Assembly: GCA_963667785.2 (NCBI GenBank)
Contig: CAXXMU010000002.1
Coordinates: forward strand, 448,001 to 512,000
Reading direction: 5' to 3'
DNA: 64,000 nt
From: Alphaproteobacteria bacterium
GTDB taxonomy: Bacteria; Pseudomonadota; Alphaproteobacteria; UBA828
Shown here piece after piece: positions 26,069-35,392 of this stretch. The first letter of the stretch is position 1. Every line of letters begins with the position of its first letter. A program made the translations under genes and the position numbers. The notes under the pieces are model-generated. The model was not told where the DNA came from, searched no databases, and worked only from the letters and a program-made list of their open reading frames with translations.

Positions 26069-27448
26069 ATGAACCTACATCGGATGCTCGAGGAGCGCGC
26101 CCGGGCGGGGAAGCCCGTGCGCGTCGGCCTGATCGGCGCCGGCAAGTTCGGCACCATGTTTCTCGCCCAGGCCAGGCGCACGCCCGGCCTCCATGTGATC
26201 GCGGTGGCCGACCTCGCGCCTGCCCGCGCCGACGCCGCGCTCGCCCGCGCCGGCTGGTCGGCGGAGGAACGCGGCGCTCCCTCCTTCGCCGCCGCGCTGG
26301 AGCGAGGCGGCACCCACGTCTGCGACGATGCATACGCGCTGATCGCGGCGGACGGGCTCGACGTGGCGATCGACGCGACCGGGCAGCCGGCCGCCGGAAT
26401 CGCCCATGCCCGTGCGTGCTTCGCGGCCGGGCGCCACGTGGTGATGGTCAACGTCGAGGCCGATGCGCTCGCCGGCCCCCTGCTCGCGCGGGAGGCGGCC
26501 GAGGCCGGCGTCGTCTATTCGCTCGCCTACGGCGACCAGCCGGCGCTGATCGCGGAGATGGTCGACTGGGCGCGGGCCTCGGGCCTCGATGTGATCGCCG
26601 CCGGCAAGGGCACGCGCTATCTGCCGGGCTTCCACCACGTGACGCCGGACGACGTCTGGACCCACTACGGGCTGACCCCGGCCGAAGCCGAGGCCGGCGG
26701 CATGAACCCGCAGATGTTCAACTCCTTCCTCGACGGCACCAAGTCGGCGATCGAGATGGCCGCGGTCGCCAACGCCACGGGCCTGACGCCGGCGCCGGAC
26801 GGGCTCGGCTTCCCGCCGTGTGCGACCGACGAGCTGGCAGAGGTGCTGCGGCCGCGCGAGGACGGCGGCACGCTGCACCACAAGGGCCAGGTCGAGGTGA
26901 TCGCGAGCGAGAGGCGGGACGGCAGCGCCATCGACGCGCATCTGCGCTGGGGCGTCTATGCGGTGTTCGAGGCGGGCACCCACTATGTCGCCGCCTGCTT
27001 CCGCGAGTACGGGCTGCAGACCGATTCCACCGGGCGCTATGCCGCGATGTACAAGCCCTATCACCTGATCGGGCTGGAGCTCGGCATCTCCGTGGCGAGC
27101 GTCGCGTTGCGCGGGGAGCCGACGGGTGCCCCCACCGGCTTCCGGGCCGATGCCGTTGCCTGCACCAAGGCCCATCTGCAGGCCGGCACGCGGCTGGATG
27201 GCGAAGGGGGCTACACCGTCTACGGCCGGCTGATGCCGGCGGCGGCGAGCCTCGCAGGCGGTCATCTGCCCATCGGGCTTGCGCACGGGGTCGAGCTGAA
27301 GCGCGCGGTCGAGCCCGACACGCCGCTGACCTGGGACGACGTGACCGCTGCCGAGGGCGCTGCGGCAGACGCGGTGGACGCGAGGCGCGCCATGGAGGCG
27401 GCGTTCGCGCCGGACGAGCCGGCACGCACGGCGCGCGCCGGTGCCTGA
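26069..27448 (+). CDS. Homoserine-dehydrogenase-like NAD(P)-dependent oxidoreductase with C-terminal SAF domain
   Basis: GLIGAGKFG, NVEAD, GDQP, SFLDGTK, LDGEGGYTV, LPIGLA. Confidence 0.85.
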   Translation: MNLHRMLEERARAGKPVRVGLIGAGKFGTMFLAQARRTPGLHVIAVADLAPARADAALARAGWSAEERGAPSFAAALERGGTHVCDDAYALIAADGLDVAIDATGQPAAGIAHARACFAAGRHVVMVNVEADALAGPLLAREAAEAGVVYSLAYGDQPALIAEMVDWARASGLDVIAAGKGTRYLPGFHHVTPDDVWTHYGLTPAEAEAGGMNPQMFNSFLDGTKSAIEMAAVANATGLTPAPDGLGFPPCATDELAEVLRPREDGGTLHHKGQVEVIASERRDGSAIDAHLRWGVYAVFEAGTHYVAACFREYGLQTDSTGRYAAMYKPYHLIGLELGISVASVALRGEPTGAPTGFRADAVACTKAHLQAGTRLDGEGGYTVYGRLMPAAASLAGGHLPIGLAHGVELKRAVEPDTPLTWDDVTAAEGAAADAVDARRAMEAAFAPDEPARTARAGA

Positions 27449-27461
27449 GGGAAGGGGGACC

Positions 27462-28286
27462 ATGCCGAAGCATCTTTCGGAAGAGGCGATCGCGGCGTAC
27501 GAGCGCGACGGGTACTACTTTCCGTTGCGGGCGATCCCGGCGCCGGACGCGCACGCGATCCGCGCAGACGTCGAGGCCGCCGAGCGCCACTTCGCCGAGC
27601 GGGGCGAGCGCATGCGCCACCGGCCCCACCTGCTGGTGACCGCGCTCGACCGCCTGATCCGCAACGAGGCGGTGCTGGACGCGGTCGAGGACCTGATCGG
27701 CCCCAACATCCTCTGCTGGACCTCTCTCTTCTTCACCAAGGACGCGCACGATCCGGCCTTCGTCTCGTGGCACCAGGATTCGACCTATTGGGGCCTCAGC
27801 ACCGCCGAGGTGGTGACGGCCTGGATCGCCCTCTCGCCCAGCACCGTCGAATCGGGGGCCATGCGGTTCGCGCCCGGCACCCACAAGCTGGACCAGATCC
27901 CCCATCGCGACACCTTCGACGAGCACAACATGCTCACCCGGGGCCAGATCGTCGCGCACGAGGTGGACGAAGAGGCGGCGGTGGATGTCGTCCTGCAGCC
28001 GGGCGAGGCCTCGCTGCACCATGTCCGCCTGATCCACGGCTCCGGCCCCAACGACTCGGACGACCGGCGCATCGGCTTCGCCGTCCGCTACATCCCGACC
28101 CATGTGCGCAACGTCGTCGGCCGCGACTACGCGGCGCTGGTGCGCGGCGTCGACGACTTCGGCTATTTCGACGCCGAGCGCCGGCCGGTGCGCGATCTGG
28201 AACCCGAGGCGCTGGCGGCCTACGAGGCCGCGAACGCGAGCCACAACGCCGTACTCTACGCCGGCGCGGCCCAGATGCGCGGTTGA
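27462..28286 (+). CDS. Phytanoyl-CoA dioxygenase (PhyH) family Fe(II)/2OG enzyme
   Basis: YERDGY, WHQD iron motif, TAWIAL, HGSGPN.SDDRR. Confidence 0.88.
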   Translation: MPKHLSEEAIAAYERDGYYFPLRAIPAPDAHAIRADVEAAERHFAERGERMRHRPHLLVTALDRLIRNEAVLDAVEDLIGPNILCWTSLFFTKDAHDPAFVSWHQDSTYWGLSTAEVVTAWIALSPSTVESGAMRFAPGTHKLDQIPHRDTFDEHNMLTRGQIVAHEVDEEAAVDVVLQPGEASLHHVRLIHGSGPNDSDDRRIGFAVRYIPTHVRNVVGRDYAALVRGVDDFGYFDAERRPVRDLEPEALAAYEAANASHNAVLYAGAAQMRG

Positions 28287-28324
28287 CCTTCGCCCCGCTG
28301 CGCCGGCGCCCGCCGGGGCTGCAC

Positions 28325-29560
28325 TCAACGGGCCTGGTGGACCGTGCCGTCGGCTTCGAGGGCCTCGATCTCGCCCGCGTCGTAGCCGACCTCCGCCAGG
28401 ATGGCGGTGGTATCGGCGCCGAGCGCGGGCGCGGCGCTACGCGGCATGACGGCGCCATCCACCGTTATCGGCTGGCGGACCAGGCGCATCGTGCCGCGCT
28501 CCGGATGCGCCACCTCCTGCACGATACGCCGTTGCTCGGCGAAGCCGCTCGCGAGGGCGCCGGCGACATCGTTGACCGGCGCGATGGGGAGGACGCCCGA
28601 GAGCCGCTCCAGCCACGCCTCGGTGGTGCGCGTCTGGAACACCGCCTCCAGCCGGCGCACGACCTCGTCCCGGTTCTCGTAGCGCGCGGCGAAATCCCGC
28701 ATCAAGGGATCGTCGATCCATTCCGGCCGCTCCATGGCGCGGCAGAGCGCGGGCCAGAAATTGGCCTTGTTGGCCATGACGAAGAGCCAGCCATCCTCGG
28801 TGCGATAGAGCTCGCTCGGTACCAGCGAGGGATGGCCGGAGCGTGCCACCCGCTTCGGCTCGAAGCCCTCGTTGAGGTGCCAGGTCGCCGGGTAGCTCAG
28901 ATTGTTCATGGCCACATCGTAGAGCGGGGTGTCGATGTCCATGCCCTGGCCGGTGGCGCGCGCCCGCATGACGCCGGAGACCAGCGCGAGCGCTGCCGTG
29001 AGCCCGCCCATGAAGTCGACGATCGAGAGTCCGAAGCGGGTCGGCACGCTGTCCGGCTCGCCGGTCATGGAGAGGTAACCGGCCTCGGCCTGCATCACAT
29101 AGTCGAGGCCGGGCCAGGCGGCGCGCTCGTTCTCGCGGCCGTAGGCCGAGAGGTGCACGCAGACGAGGCGCGGGTTGGCGGCTGCGAGGCTCGCATGGTC
29201 GAGCCCGAGCGTGCCCGGCAGATCGCCGCGCAGGTTGTTGATCAGCGCGTCGGCACGGGCCGCCAGCCGCTCCAGCACCTCGCGGCCGCGCGGCATCTTG
29301 AGGTCCAGCGCCAGGCAGCGCTTGTTGCAGCTAAAGGTCTGGTAGAAGAGGCTGTCGCCGTCCTCGGCGTAGGGCAGGACGTGGCGGCCCATTTCGCCGC
29401 CAGTCTTGTGGTTCTCGATCTTGATGACGTCGGCACCGAGGTCGGCAAGGTACATGGTACCGAAGGGGGCCGCGCCGTACTGCTCGATGGAGACGACCGT
29501 GAGCCCTTCGAGCGGCCGGACCGGGGCCGCCTGCGGCGCTGTGACGTCCTCGTCGCTCAC
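28325..29560 (-). CDS. CaiB/BaiF family III CoA-transferase
   Basis: PLEGL, AAPFGTMYLADLGADVIKIE, NKR..ALDLK, APALGADT; GTGA overlap with upstream gene. Confidence 0.9.
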   Translation of the reverse strand: MSDEDVTAPQAAPVRPLEGLTVVSIEQYGAAPFGTMYLADLGADVIKIENHKTGGEMGRHVLPYAEDGDSLFYQTFSCNKRCLALDLKMPRGREVLERLAARADALINNLRGDLPGTLGLDHASLAAANPRLVCVHLSAYGRENERAAWPGLDYVMQAEAGYLSMTGEPDSVPTRFGLSIVDFMGGLTAALALVSGVMRARATGQGMDIDTPLYDVAMNNLSYPATWHLNEGFEPKRVARSGHPSLVPSELYRTEDGWLFVMANKANFWPALCRAMERPEWIDDPLMRDFAARYENRDEVVRRLEAVFQTRTTEAWLERLSGVLPIAPVNDVAGALASGFAEQRRIVQEVAHPERGTMRLVRQPITVDGAVMPRSAAPALGADTTAILAEVGYDAGEIEALEADGTVHQAR

Positions 29561-30726
29561 GCCGGATGTCGCTCGATCAGCTGCCGCGCGATGATCAGCC
29601 GCTGGATCTCGTTGGTGCCCTCGCCGATGCAGAGCAAGGGCGCATCGCGGTACATCCGTTCGATGGGAAACTCCTTCGAGTAGCCGTAGCCGCCGTGGAT
29701 GCGCATGGCCTCGATGCTGTTCTCGAGCGCCGCCTCCGTGGCGAAGAGCTTGGCGATGCCGGCCTCCATGTCGCAGCGCTTGCCGGTCTCGTAGGCGACC
29801 GCCGCCCGCTCGGTGAGGAGCCGCGCCGCCTCGGTGCGGGTCACCATGTCCGCAAGCTTGATCTGGATCGCCTGATGCTGGCAGATCGGCTTGCCGAAGG
29901 TCTTGCGCTCTTGGGCATAGCGCACGGCCTCGTCGAGGCAGGACTGGGCGACGCCGACGCCGCGGGCCGCGACGTTGATGCGGCCGAGCTCCAGCCCGCT
30001 CAATACCTGCTGCAGGCCCTTGCCCTCGACCCCGCCGATGAGCTTGTCGGCATCGATGCGGTAGTCCTCGAAGGCGAGCTCGGCGGTGTCGATCCCGCGA
30101 TAGCCGAGCTTCTGCAATTTCCGGCTGACGCGGAAGCCCTCGGCCTTCTCGGCGAGGAACAGGCTGATGCCCTTGTGGCGCGGCTCGGCTTCCGGGTCGG
30201 TCTTGACCAGCAGCGCCAGGCAGGAGCCGTGAATGCTGTTGGTGATCCAAGTCTTGGCGCCGTTGATCACGTAGGCATCGTTGCCTTCGCGCCGCGCCGT
30301 GGTGCGGATCGCCTGCAGGTCCGTGCCGCAGTCGGGCTCGGTAAGCGCGATGCCGCCCCTGAGCTCGCCGCTGGCGAAGCGGGGGAGGTAGGACTCCCGC
30401 TGCTCGTCGGTGCCGAAGCGCTCGACGGCAGCCGCCATGATGAGGTGGGAGTTGATGAGACCGCTCACCGACATCCAGGCGTGGGAGAGTCGCTCGATGA
30501 TCTTGGCGTAGGTGGTAACGGGCAGGCCGAGACCGCCATAGTCCTCGGAGATCGTGGCGCCGAAGAGGCCCATCTCCTTCATCTTCTCGACGATGTCGTC
30601 GGGATAGATGTCGTCGTGCTCGAGCGCGGAGACATGGGGACGGACGTCGCGGTCCAGGAATCGCTCAATTCCGTCCAGGATCAGCGCCTCCTGTTCCTCG
30701 TCTACGGTTTCAACCCGGTCCGCCAT
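29557..30726 (-). CDS. Acyl-CoA dehydrogenase family protein
   Basis: ALTEPDCGTD, NGAKTWITN, IHGGYGY, IGEGTNEIQR. Confidence 0.93.
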   Translation of the reverse strand: MADRVETVDEEQEALILDGIERFLDRDVRPHVSALEHDDIYPDDIVEKMKEMGLFGATISEDYGGLGLPVTTYAKIIERLSHAWMSVSGLINSHLIMAAAVERFGTDEQRESYLPRFASGELRGGIALTEPDCGTDLQAIRTTARREGNDAYVINGAKTWITNSIHGSCLALLVKTDPEAEPRHKGISLFLAEKAEGFRVSRKLQKLGYRGIDTAELAFEDYRIDADKLIGGVEGKGLQQVLSGLELGRINVAARGVGVAQSCLDEAVRYAQERKTFGKPICQHQAIQIKLADMVTRTEAARLLTERAAVAYETGKRCDMEAGIAKLFATEAALENSIEAMRIHGGYGYSKEFPIERMYRDAPLLCIGEGTNEIQRLIIARQLIERHPA

Positions 30727-30831
30727 CGCCGATTTCCCCCGTCCTCCGGTATGAGGGCGGCGAGCATATCCCGCCGTCCCGGTCGAGAAAATGCTTGAGG
30801 CTGCGCCGCGTGGCGGTTATTCAAACTGTCT

Positions 30832-30846
30832 TGGCATAGAGAATGC
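30832..30846 (+). promoter_or_regulatory. Candidate sigma54 (-24/-12) promoter for the ABC-hydantoinase operon
   Basis: TGGCAT-AGAGA-ATGC: GG and GC exactly 10 nt apart, 54 nt upstream of ATG 30901. Confidence 0.45.
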
Positions 30847-30900
30847 GGACCCCAAGGGAGCGGGAAGGCTCCCATGCGGGCCGAGGGGGCGGTGATAGCC

Positions 30901-32025
30901 ATGGCCGAACGTGGCGATGTCGAAATCAGGGGCGTGACCAAGCGGTTCGGCCCCACGATTGCCGTCGAGGATATCAACATCACGATTCCCGACGGCAGCT
31001 ACTGCTGCCTGCTCGGGCCGAGCGGCTGCGGCAAGACAACTCTCCTGCGCATCATCGCGGGTCACGAGGTGCCGACCGAAGGCGACGTGCTGATCGGCGG
31101 CGAGTCGGTGATCGGCAAGCCCACCGGCCAGCGCGGCACGTCGATGATGTTCCAGAGCTACGCGCTCTTCCCGCACCTGACGGTGCTGGACAACGTCGCC
31201 TTCAGCCTGAAGATGAAGAGGGTCGCCAAGGGCGAGCGGCGCGAACGCGCCTACGAGGTGCTGAAGCGCGTGCAGCTCGACCCCCTGGCCGACCGCATGC
31301 CGGCGCAGCTCTCCGGCGGGCAGCAGCAGCGCGTCGCACTCGCCCGCTCGCTGATCACCAACCCCAAGGTGCTGCTGCTGGACGAGCCGCTGTCGGCGCT
31401 GGACGAGTTCCTGCGGCTGCAGATGCGCGCCGAGCTCAAGCATATCCAGATCGACCTCGGCATCACCTTCATCCACGTCACCCACACCCAGCCCGAGGCG
31501 CTGGCGATCGCCGACATGGTCGTGGTGATGGACACGGGCCACATTGAGCAGGCGGCGACGGGGCCGGAAATCTACGACGAGCCGCGCACCACCTACGTGG
31601 CGGAGTTCATGGGCGGCTGGAACGTGTTCACCGGCAAGGTGTCCGGGGTCGAGAACGAACTGGTGACGGTCGCGGGTACCGAGGGCGACAGCTTCCATCT
31701 GCCGCGCGACGGTCACGAGGTCGGCCAGGATGTCAACTTCGGCATCCGCCGCGACAAGGTGCATCTGGCGGGCGGAAGCATCGATCTGGACCGGGGCAAC
31801 GCCCTGGGCGGCACGGTGCACGCCATCGAGTACCAGGGCAACTGGGTCAAGCTCACCATGACCAGGGAAGAGAAGCGGGATCTCGTCGCGGTCATCGAGG
31901 ATCGCGAGTATTTCGCCAATCCCACCAAGGTGGGCGACCAGGTCACCGTCACCTGGGCCAGTGAGGACGTGCGCGTGATGGAGCGTGCCACTGGCGCCCA
32001 GAACCTGATCGGAGAGAACTTCTAG
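30901..32025 (+). CDS. ABC ATP-binding protein (PotA-like, C-terminal TOBE-type region)
   Basis: GPSGCGKT, LSGGQQQRVALAR, LLLDEP. Confidence 0.92.
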   Translation: MAERGDVEIRGVTKRFGPTIAVEDINITIPDGSYCCLLGPSGCGKTTLLRIIAGHEVPTEGDVLIGGESVIGKPTGQRGTSMMFQSYALFPHLTVLDNVAFSLKMKRVAKGERRERAYEVLKRVQLDPLADRMPAQLSGGQQQRVALARSLITNPKVLLLDEPLSALDEFLRLQMRAELKHIQIDLGITFIHVTHTQPEALAIADMVVVMDTGHIEQAATGPEIYDEPRTTYVAEFMGGWNVFTGKVSGVENELVTVAGTEGDSFHLPRDGHEVGQDVNFGIRRDKVHLAGGSIDLDRGNALGGTVHAIEYQGNWVKLTMTREEKRDLVAVIEDREYFANPTKVGDQVTVTWASEDVRVMERATGAQNLIGENF

Positions 32026-32141
32026 GACATTTTTCTACGTTGGCGGCCGCCGGCGGCCGCCGCACTGCATCGACCGAGGAAACCATCGCCCAAGCCGGCG
32101 ACAGGGCGACCATTCGAGGAACGCAGGCGAGGGAGGAAAGC

Positions 32142-33449
32142 ATGCGCAAGACCAAGAGCGACAGGAGCAAGACCGGCGTGAGCCGCCGCTCGATCCTCAA
32201 GGGGACGGCGGCCGCGGCCGGCGTCGCCGCCGCGACCCAGCTCGGCGGCGGATTCCCGACCGTTTGGGCGCAGGACATCAAGGACATCACCGTCCGCACC
32301 GTCGGCATGGCGGTGTCCAATATGAAGCCGCTCGAGGACATGGCCAACGAGGCCCTGGACTTCCAGGTCAGGCAGACGGCCGCCGAGATCCCGGCGATTC
32401 AGTCGCGCGCGCTGACCCAGCCCAACTCGGGTGACCTCTTCGAGCCGCCCTACATGCTCATGAAGTTCATGTGGCCGTCCGGCAACTTCCAAGCCTGGGA
32501 CACCACCCAGCTGCCCGAGTGGGACGCGGTGGTCAACCTCTACAAGGCGCCGGGCAAGATCTGGGATGACGCCTGGTTCGGCGATGGCCAGAACCCGAGC
32601 ACGGTGGCCTACACCTCCGGCATCGACGCGACCGACTTTGTCGAGCCGGGTTCGACCCAGTGGATCACCAACCACCCGGTGCTGCACAACGCCGACACCC
32701 TCGGCATCCGGCCCGACCTGATCGGTCGGCCCATCGATTCCTGGGCCGAGCTGATCAATCCGGAGTTCGCCGGCAAGGCGGCGCTCGTCGCCTTCCCGCA
32801 AATCGGCCTCATGGACGCCGCCCAGGCCTTCCAGGCCAATGGCGAGATTGAGTACGGCGACAAGGGCAACATGACCCGCGAGGAGATCGACTACTCCATC
32901 GACCGTCTCATCGAGCTCAAGGACAACGGCCACTGGCGCGTCCTCTGGTCGACCTTCAACGAATCGGTCCAGCTCATGGTCGAGGGTGAGGTCGTCATCC
33001 AGTCCATGTGGTCGCCGGCGGTGACCGCCGTGCGTGAGCAGGGCGTGCCCTGCATCTACCAGGATCTCAAGGAAGGCTACCGTTCCTGGACGCTGGGGCA
33101 TCTGCTGCCGAAGCACGTCGAGGGCAAGAAGCTTGGCGCCGTCTACGACTACGTGACCTGGTATCATTCGGGTCCGGCCGGCGCATTCTTTGCCCGCCAG
33201 GGCTACTACGTGGTGACGCCCAGCAACACCCAGAAGCACCTGCCCGAAGCCGAGTGGGATTTCTGGTTCGAGGGCAAGCCCGCCACGGTGGACATCTACA
33301 GCCCCTTCGGCAAGCTGATGGAGAAGCCGGGCGCGGTGCGCGACGGCGGCTCCTACAAGAACCGCATGGGCCGCGTCGCGGTGTGGAACTCGGTCATGGA
33401 CGAGAACGAGTACCTCACCGACCGCTGGAACGAGTTCATCGCCGCGTAA
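32142..33449 (+). CDS. Tat-exported PotD/PotF-like ABC substrate-binding protein (paralog 2)
   Basis: SRRSILK; NADTLGI, GEVVIQSMWSPAV shared with 21904-23202. Confidence 0.85.
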   Translation: MRKTKSDRSKTGVSRRSILKGTAAAAGVAAATQLGGGFPTVWAQDIKDITVRTVGMAVSNMKPLEDMANEALDFQVRQTAAEIPAIQSRALTQPNSGDLFEPPYMLMKFMWPSGNFQAWDTTQLPEWDAVVNLYKAPGKIWDDAWFGDGQNPSTVAYTSGIDATDFVEPGSTQWITNHPVLHNADTLGIRPDLIGRPIDSWAELINPEFAGKAALVAFPQIGLMDAAQAFQANGEIEYGDKGNMTREEIDYSIDRLIELKDNGHWRVLWSTFNESVQLMVEGEVVIQSMWSPAVTAVREQGVPCIYQDLKEGYRSWTLGHLLPKHVEGKKLGAVYDYVTWYHSGPAGAFFARQGYYVVTPSNTQKHLPEAEWDFWFEGKPATVDIYSPFGKLMEKPGAVRDGGSYKNRMGRVAVWNSVMDENEYLTDRWNEFIAA

Positions 33450-33463
33450 GCGGCGAACGCATT

Positions 33464-33507
33464 GGGGGTTGCAGGGCGCGACGCCGCTCTGCACCCCCGC
33501 TTTCTTT
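33464..33507 (+). terminator. Hairpin plus U-tract after SBP paralog 2
   Basis: GGGGG(T)TGCAGGGCG...CGCTCTGCACCCCC followed by GCTTTCTTT. Confidence 0.55.
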
Positions 33508-33548
33508 GCTAAATCCCGAAGCGCGATAGTGCCGAAGAGTCAGCAATA

Positions 33549-34418
33549 ATGGCGGCGGTCAACGCTTTCTTGAAACGCTACGCGACGGCGTTGCAGATCT
33601 CGCCGCTGTTGATCACGCTCGTGTTCTTCCTCGTGGGGCCGGTGATCGTGATCCTGATCATCAGTCTGTGGAATTTCAATGGATTCATGATGGTGGAGGG
33701 CGACTGGACGTTCTCCAACTACACCAAATTGTTTTCGAAAAACCTGACTTTCGACAACTATGTACAAACCTTGAAGATGCTGGCGATCACGCTAGCAATC
33801 ACGACGGTTCTCGGCTTTACCCTTGCTTATTTTCTTGTTTTCGACCTAATCCAACTCCGGACCAAGCTACTCCTGTTCCTGCTCTGCGTCGTGCCGTTCT
33901 GGACCTCCGGCGTCATCCGCATGGTCGCCTGGATACCGTTCCTGGGGAAGGAAGGCATCATCAACCAGGCGGTGATGGCAGTCGGCATATCCGACACGCC
34001 CCTGGAATTCCTCCTGTTCTCGGAATTCGCCGTATTCCTGTCCTATGTGCAGATATTCACGCTCTTCATGATGGCGCCGCTCTTCAACGTCATGGCGCGT
34101 ATCAACCGCGATCTCATCGAGGCGGCAAAGGACAACGGCGCCTCCGGGATCCAGATCCTGATGCACGTGATCGTCCCGCTCTGCAAGCCGGGTCTTGCGA
34201 TCGGGGCGATCTTCGTCATCGCGCTGGTGGCGAGCGACTTCACGGCGATCCGCATCCTCAGCGGCGCGCGGGTCGGCACGGTCATGGCGTCGATGAGCAA
34301 CCAGATTTACAATGTCCAGTACCCGCCGGCGGCCGCCTCGGCCATCGTCCTGATGCTGGCCGTGTTGATCATCGTCGGCATCATCATGCGCCTCGTCGAC
34401 GTGCGAAAGCAGCTTTAG
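33549..34418 (+). CDS. ABC permease (PotB-like)
   Basis: VPFWTSGVIR, LIEAAKDNGAS. Confidence 0.88.
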   Translation: MAAVNAFLKRYATALQISPLLITLVFFLVGPVIVILIISLWNFNGFMMVEGDWTFSNYTKLFSKNLTFDNYVQTLKMLAITLAITTVLGFTLAYFLVFDLIQLRTKLLLFLLCVVPFWTSGVIRMVAWIPFLGKEGIINQAVMAVGISDTPLEFLLFSEFAVFLSYVQIFTLFMMAPLFNVMARINRDLIEAAKDNGASGIQILMHVIVPLCKPGLAIGAIFVIALVASDFTAIRILSGARVGTVMASMSNQIYNVQYPPAAASAIVLMLAVLIIVGIIMRLVDVRKQL

Positions 34419-34420
34419 CC

Positions 34421-35284
34421 ATGGGCCACGAAACCAGACGAGCACCGGGCTACTGGCCGCGTGCAGCGGTCTTCTACCTCTACCTCCTGTTCCTCTACGG
34501 GCCCATCATCATCATCGTGGTGCTTTCGTTCCAGGACGACGGCGCCTCGCTCTCTTTCCCGATGCAGGGCTTCTCACTCTTCTGGTTCAAGGAGGTGATC
34601 GACCCGTCCTACATCGGCGACTTCCGCTGGCCCTTCGGGCGCTCGCTCATTCTTGGCCTGATCGTCATGTTCCTCACCATGGGCATCTCGTTCCTTGCCG
34701 GTCTCGCGTTCCGCAGGAACTTCACCGGCAACATCGTGGTCTTCTATATCGTCGTGGCCAGCCTGATTTGCCCGTCGATCCTGATCAGCCTGGGCATCGG
34801 GCTGGGCTTCTCCAACCTGGGCATGACCAGCCAGTGGTGGTCCGGCGCCCTCGGCGCGCACCTGAGCTGGACGCTGCCGTTCGGCGTTCTCATCATGCTG
34901 GCGGTGTTCAGCCGGCTCGACCCGAGGCTGGAGGAGGCGGCAAGGGACCAAGGAGCGACCCAGTGGCAAACGCTCCGCCACGTGATCGTGCCGATCACGC
35001 TGCCGGGGTTGATCGGCGTCGCCCTCTTCGGGTTCACGCTCTCTTACGACGAGTTCCCGCGCACGTCGTCCGTGGCGGGCGAGTTCAACACGCTTCCGGT
35101 CGAGCTTGTGAACACGCTCACGCTGGCCGCCACGCCGGCGATCTACGCCATCGGAACGATGACGACGGTGTTCTCGCTCGTGGTGATTTTCGTGAGCTTC
35201 TTGGCCGTTTACATCATCCAGAAGCGGCGCACCGGCGCCGGATTCAATATCGCAAGGAAGGCCGGGAAGGCGTCGGACGGCTAG
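34421..35284 (+). CDS. ABC permease (PotC-like)
   Basis: FLYGP, LEEAARDQGAT, FTLSYDEF. Confidence 0.88.
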   Translation: MGHETRRAPGYWPRAAVFYLYLLFLYGPIIIIVVLSFQDDGASLSFPMQGFSLFWFKEVIDPSYIGDFRWPFGRSLILGLIVMFLTMGISFLAGLAFRRNFTGNIVVFYIVVASLICPSILISLGIGLGFSNLGMTSQWWSGALGAHLSWTLPFGVLIMLAVFSRLDPRLEEAARDQGATQWQTLRHVIVPITLPGLIGVALFGFTLSYDEFPRTSSVAGEFNTLPVELVNTLTLAATPAIYAIGTMTTVFSLVVIFVSFLAVYIIQKRRTGAGFNIARKAGKASDG

Positions 35285-35392
35285 GCCGGGCGGCCATCGC
35301 GGGCAGGGTCCGGTTCCGCTCGATACCGGATGCCGGCCGCCGCGGTGTGCCGGCGCGGCTTTCGCCGACCCCGCTGACCGGAAGGAGGAAGC

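Noticed and set aside
26069-27448. Flagellar FlgA or true homoserine dehydrogenase annotation
   Set aside because: The SAF domain is only C-terminal to a Rossmann oxidoreductase; no flagellar or threonine-pathway context
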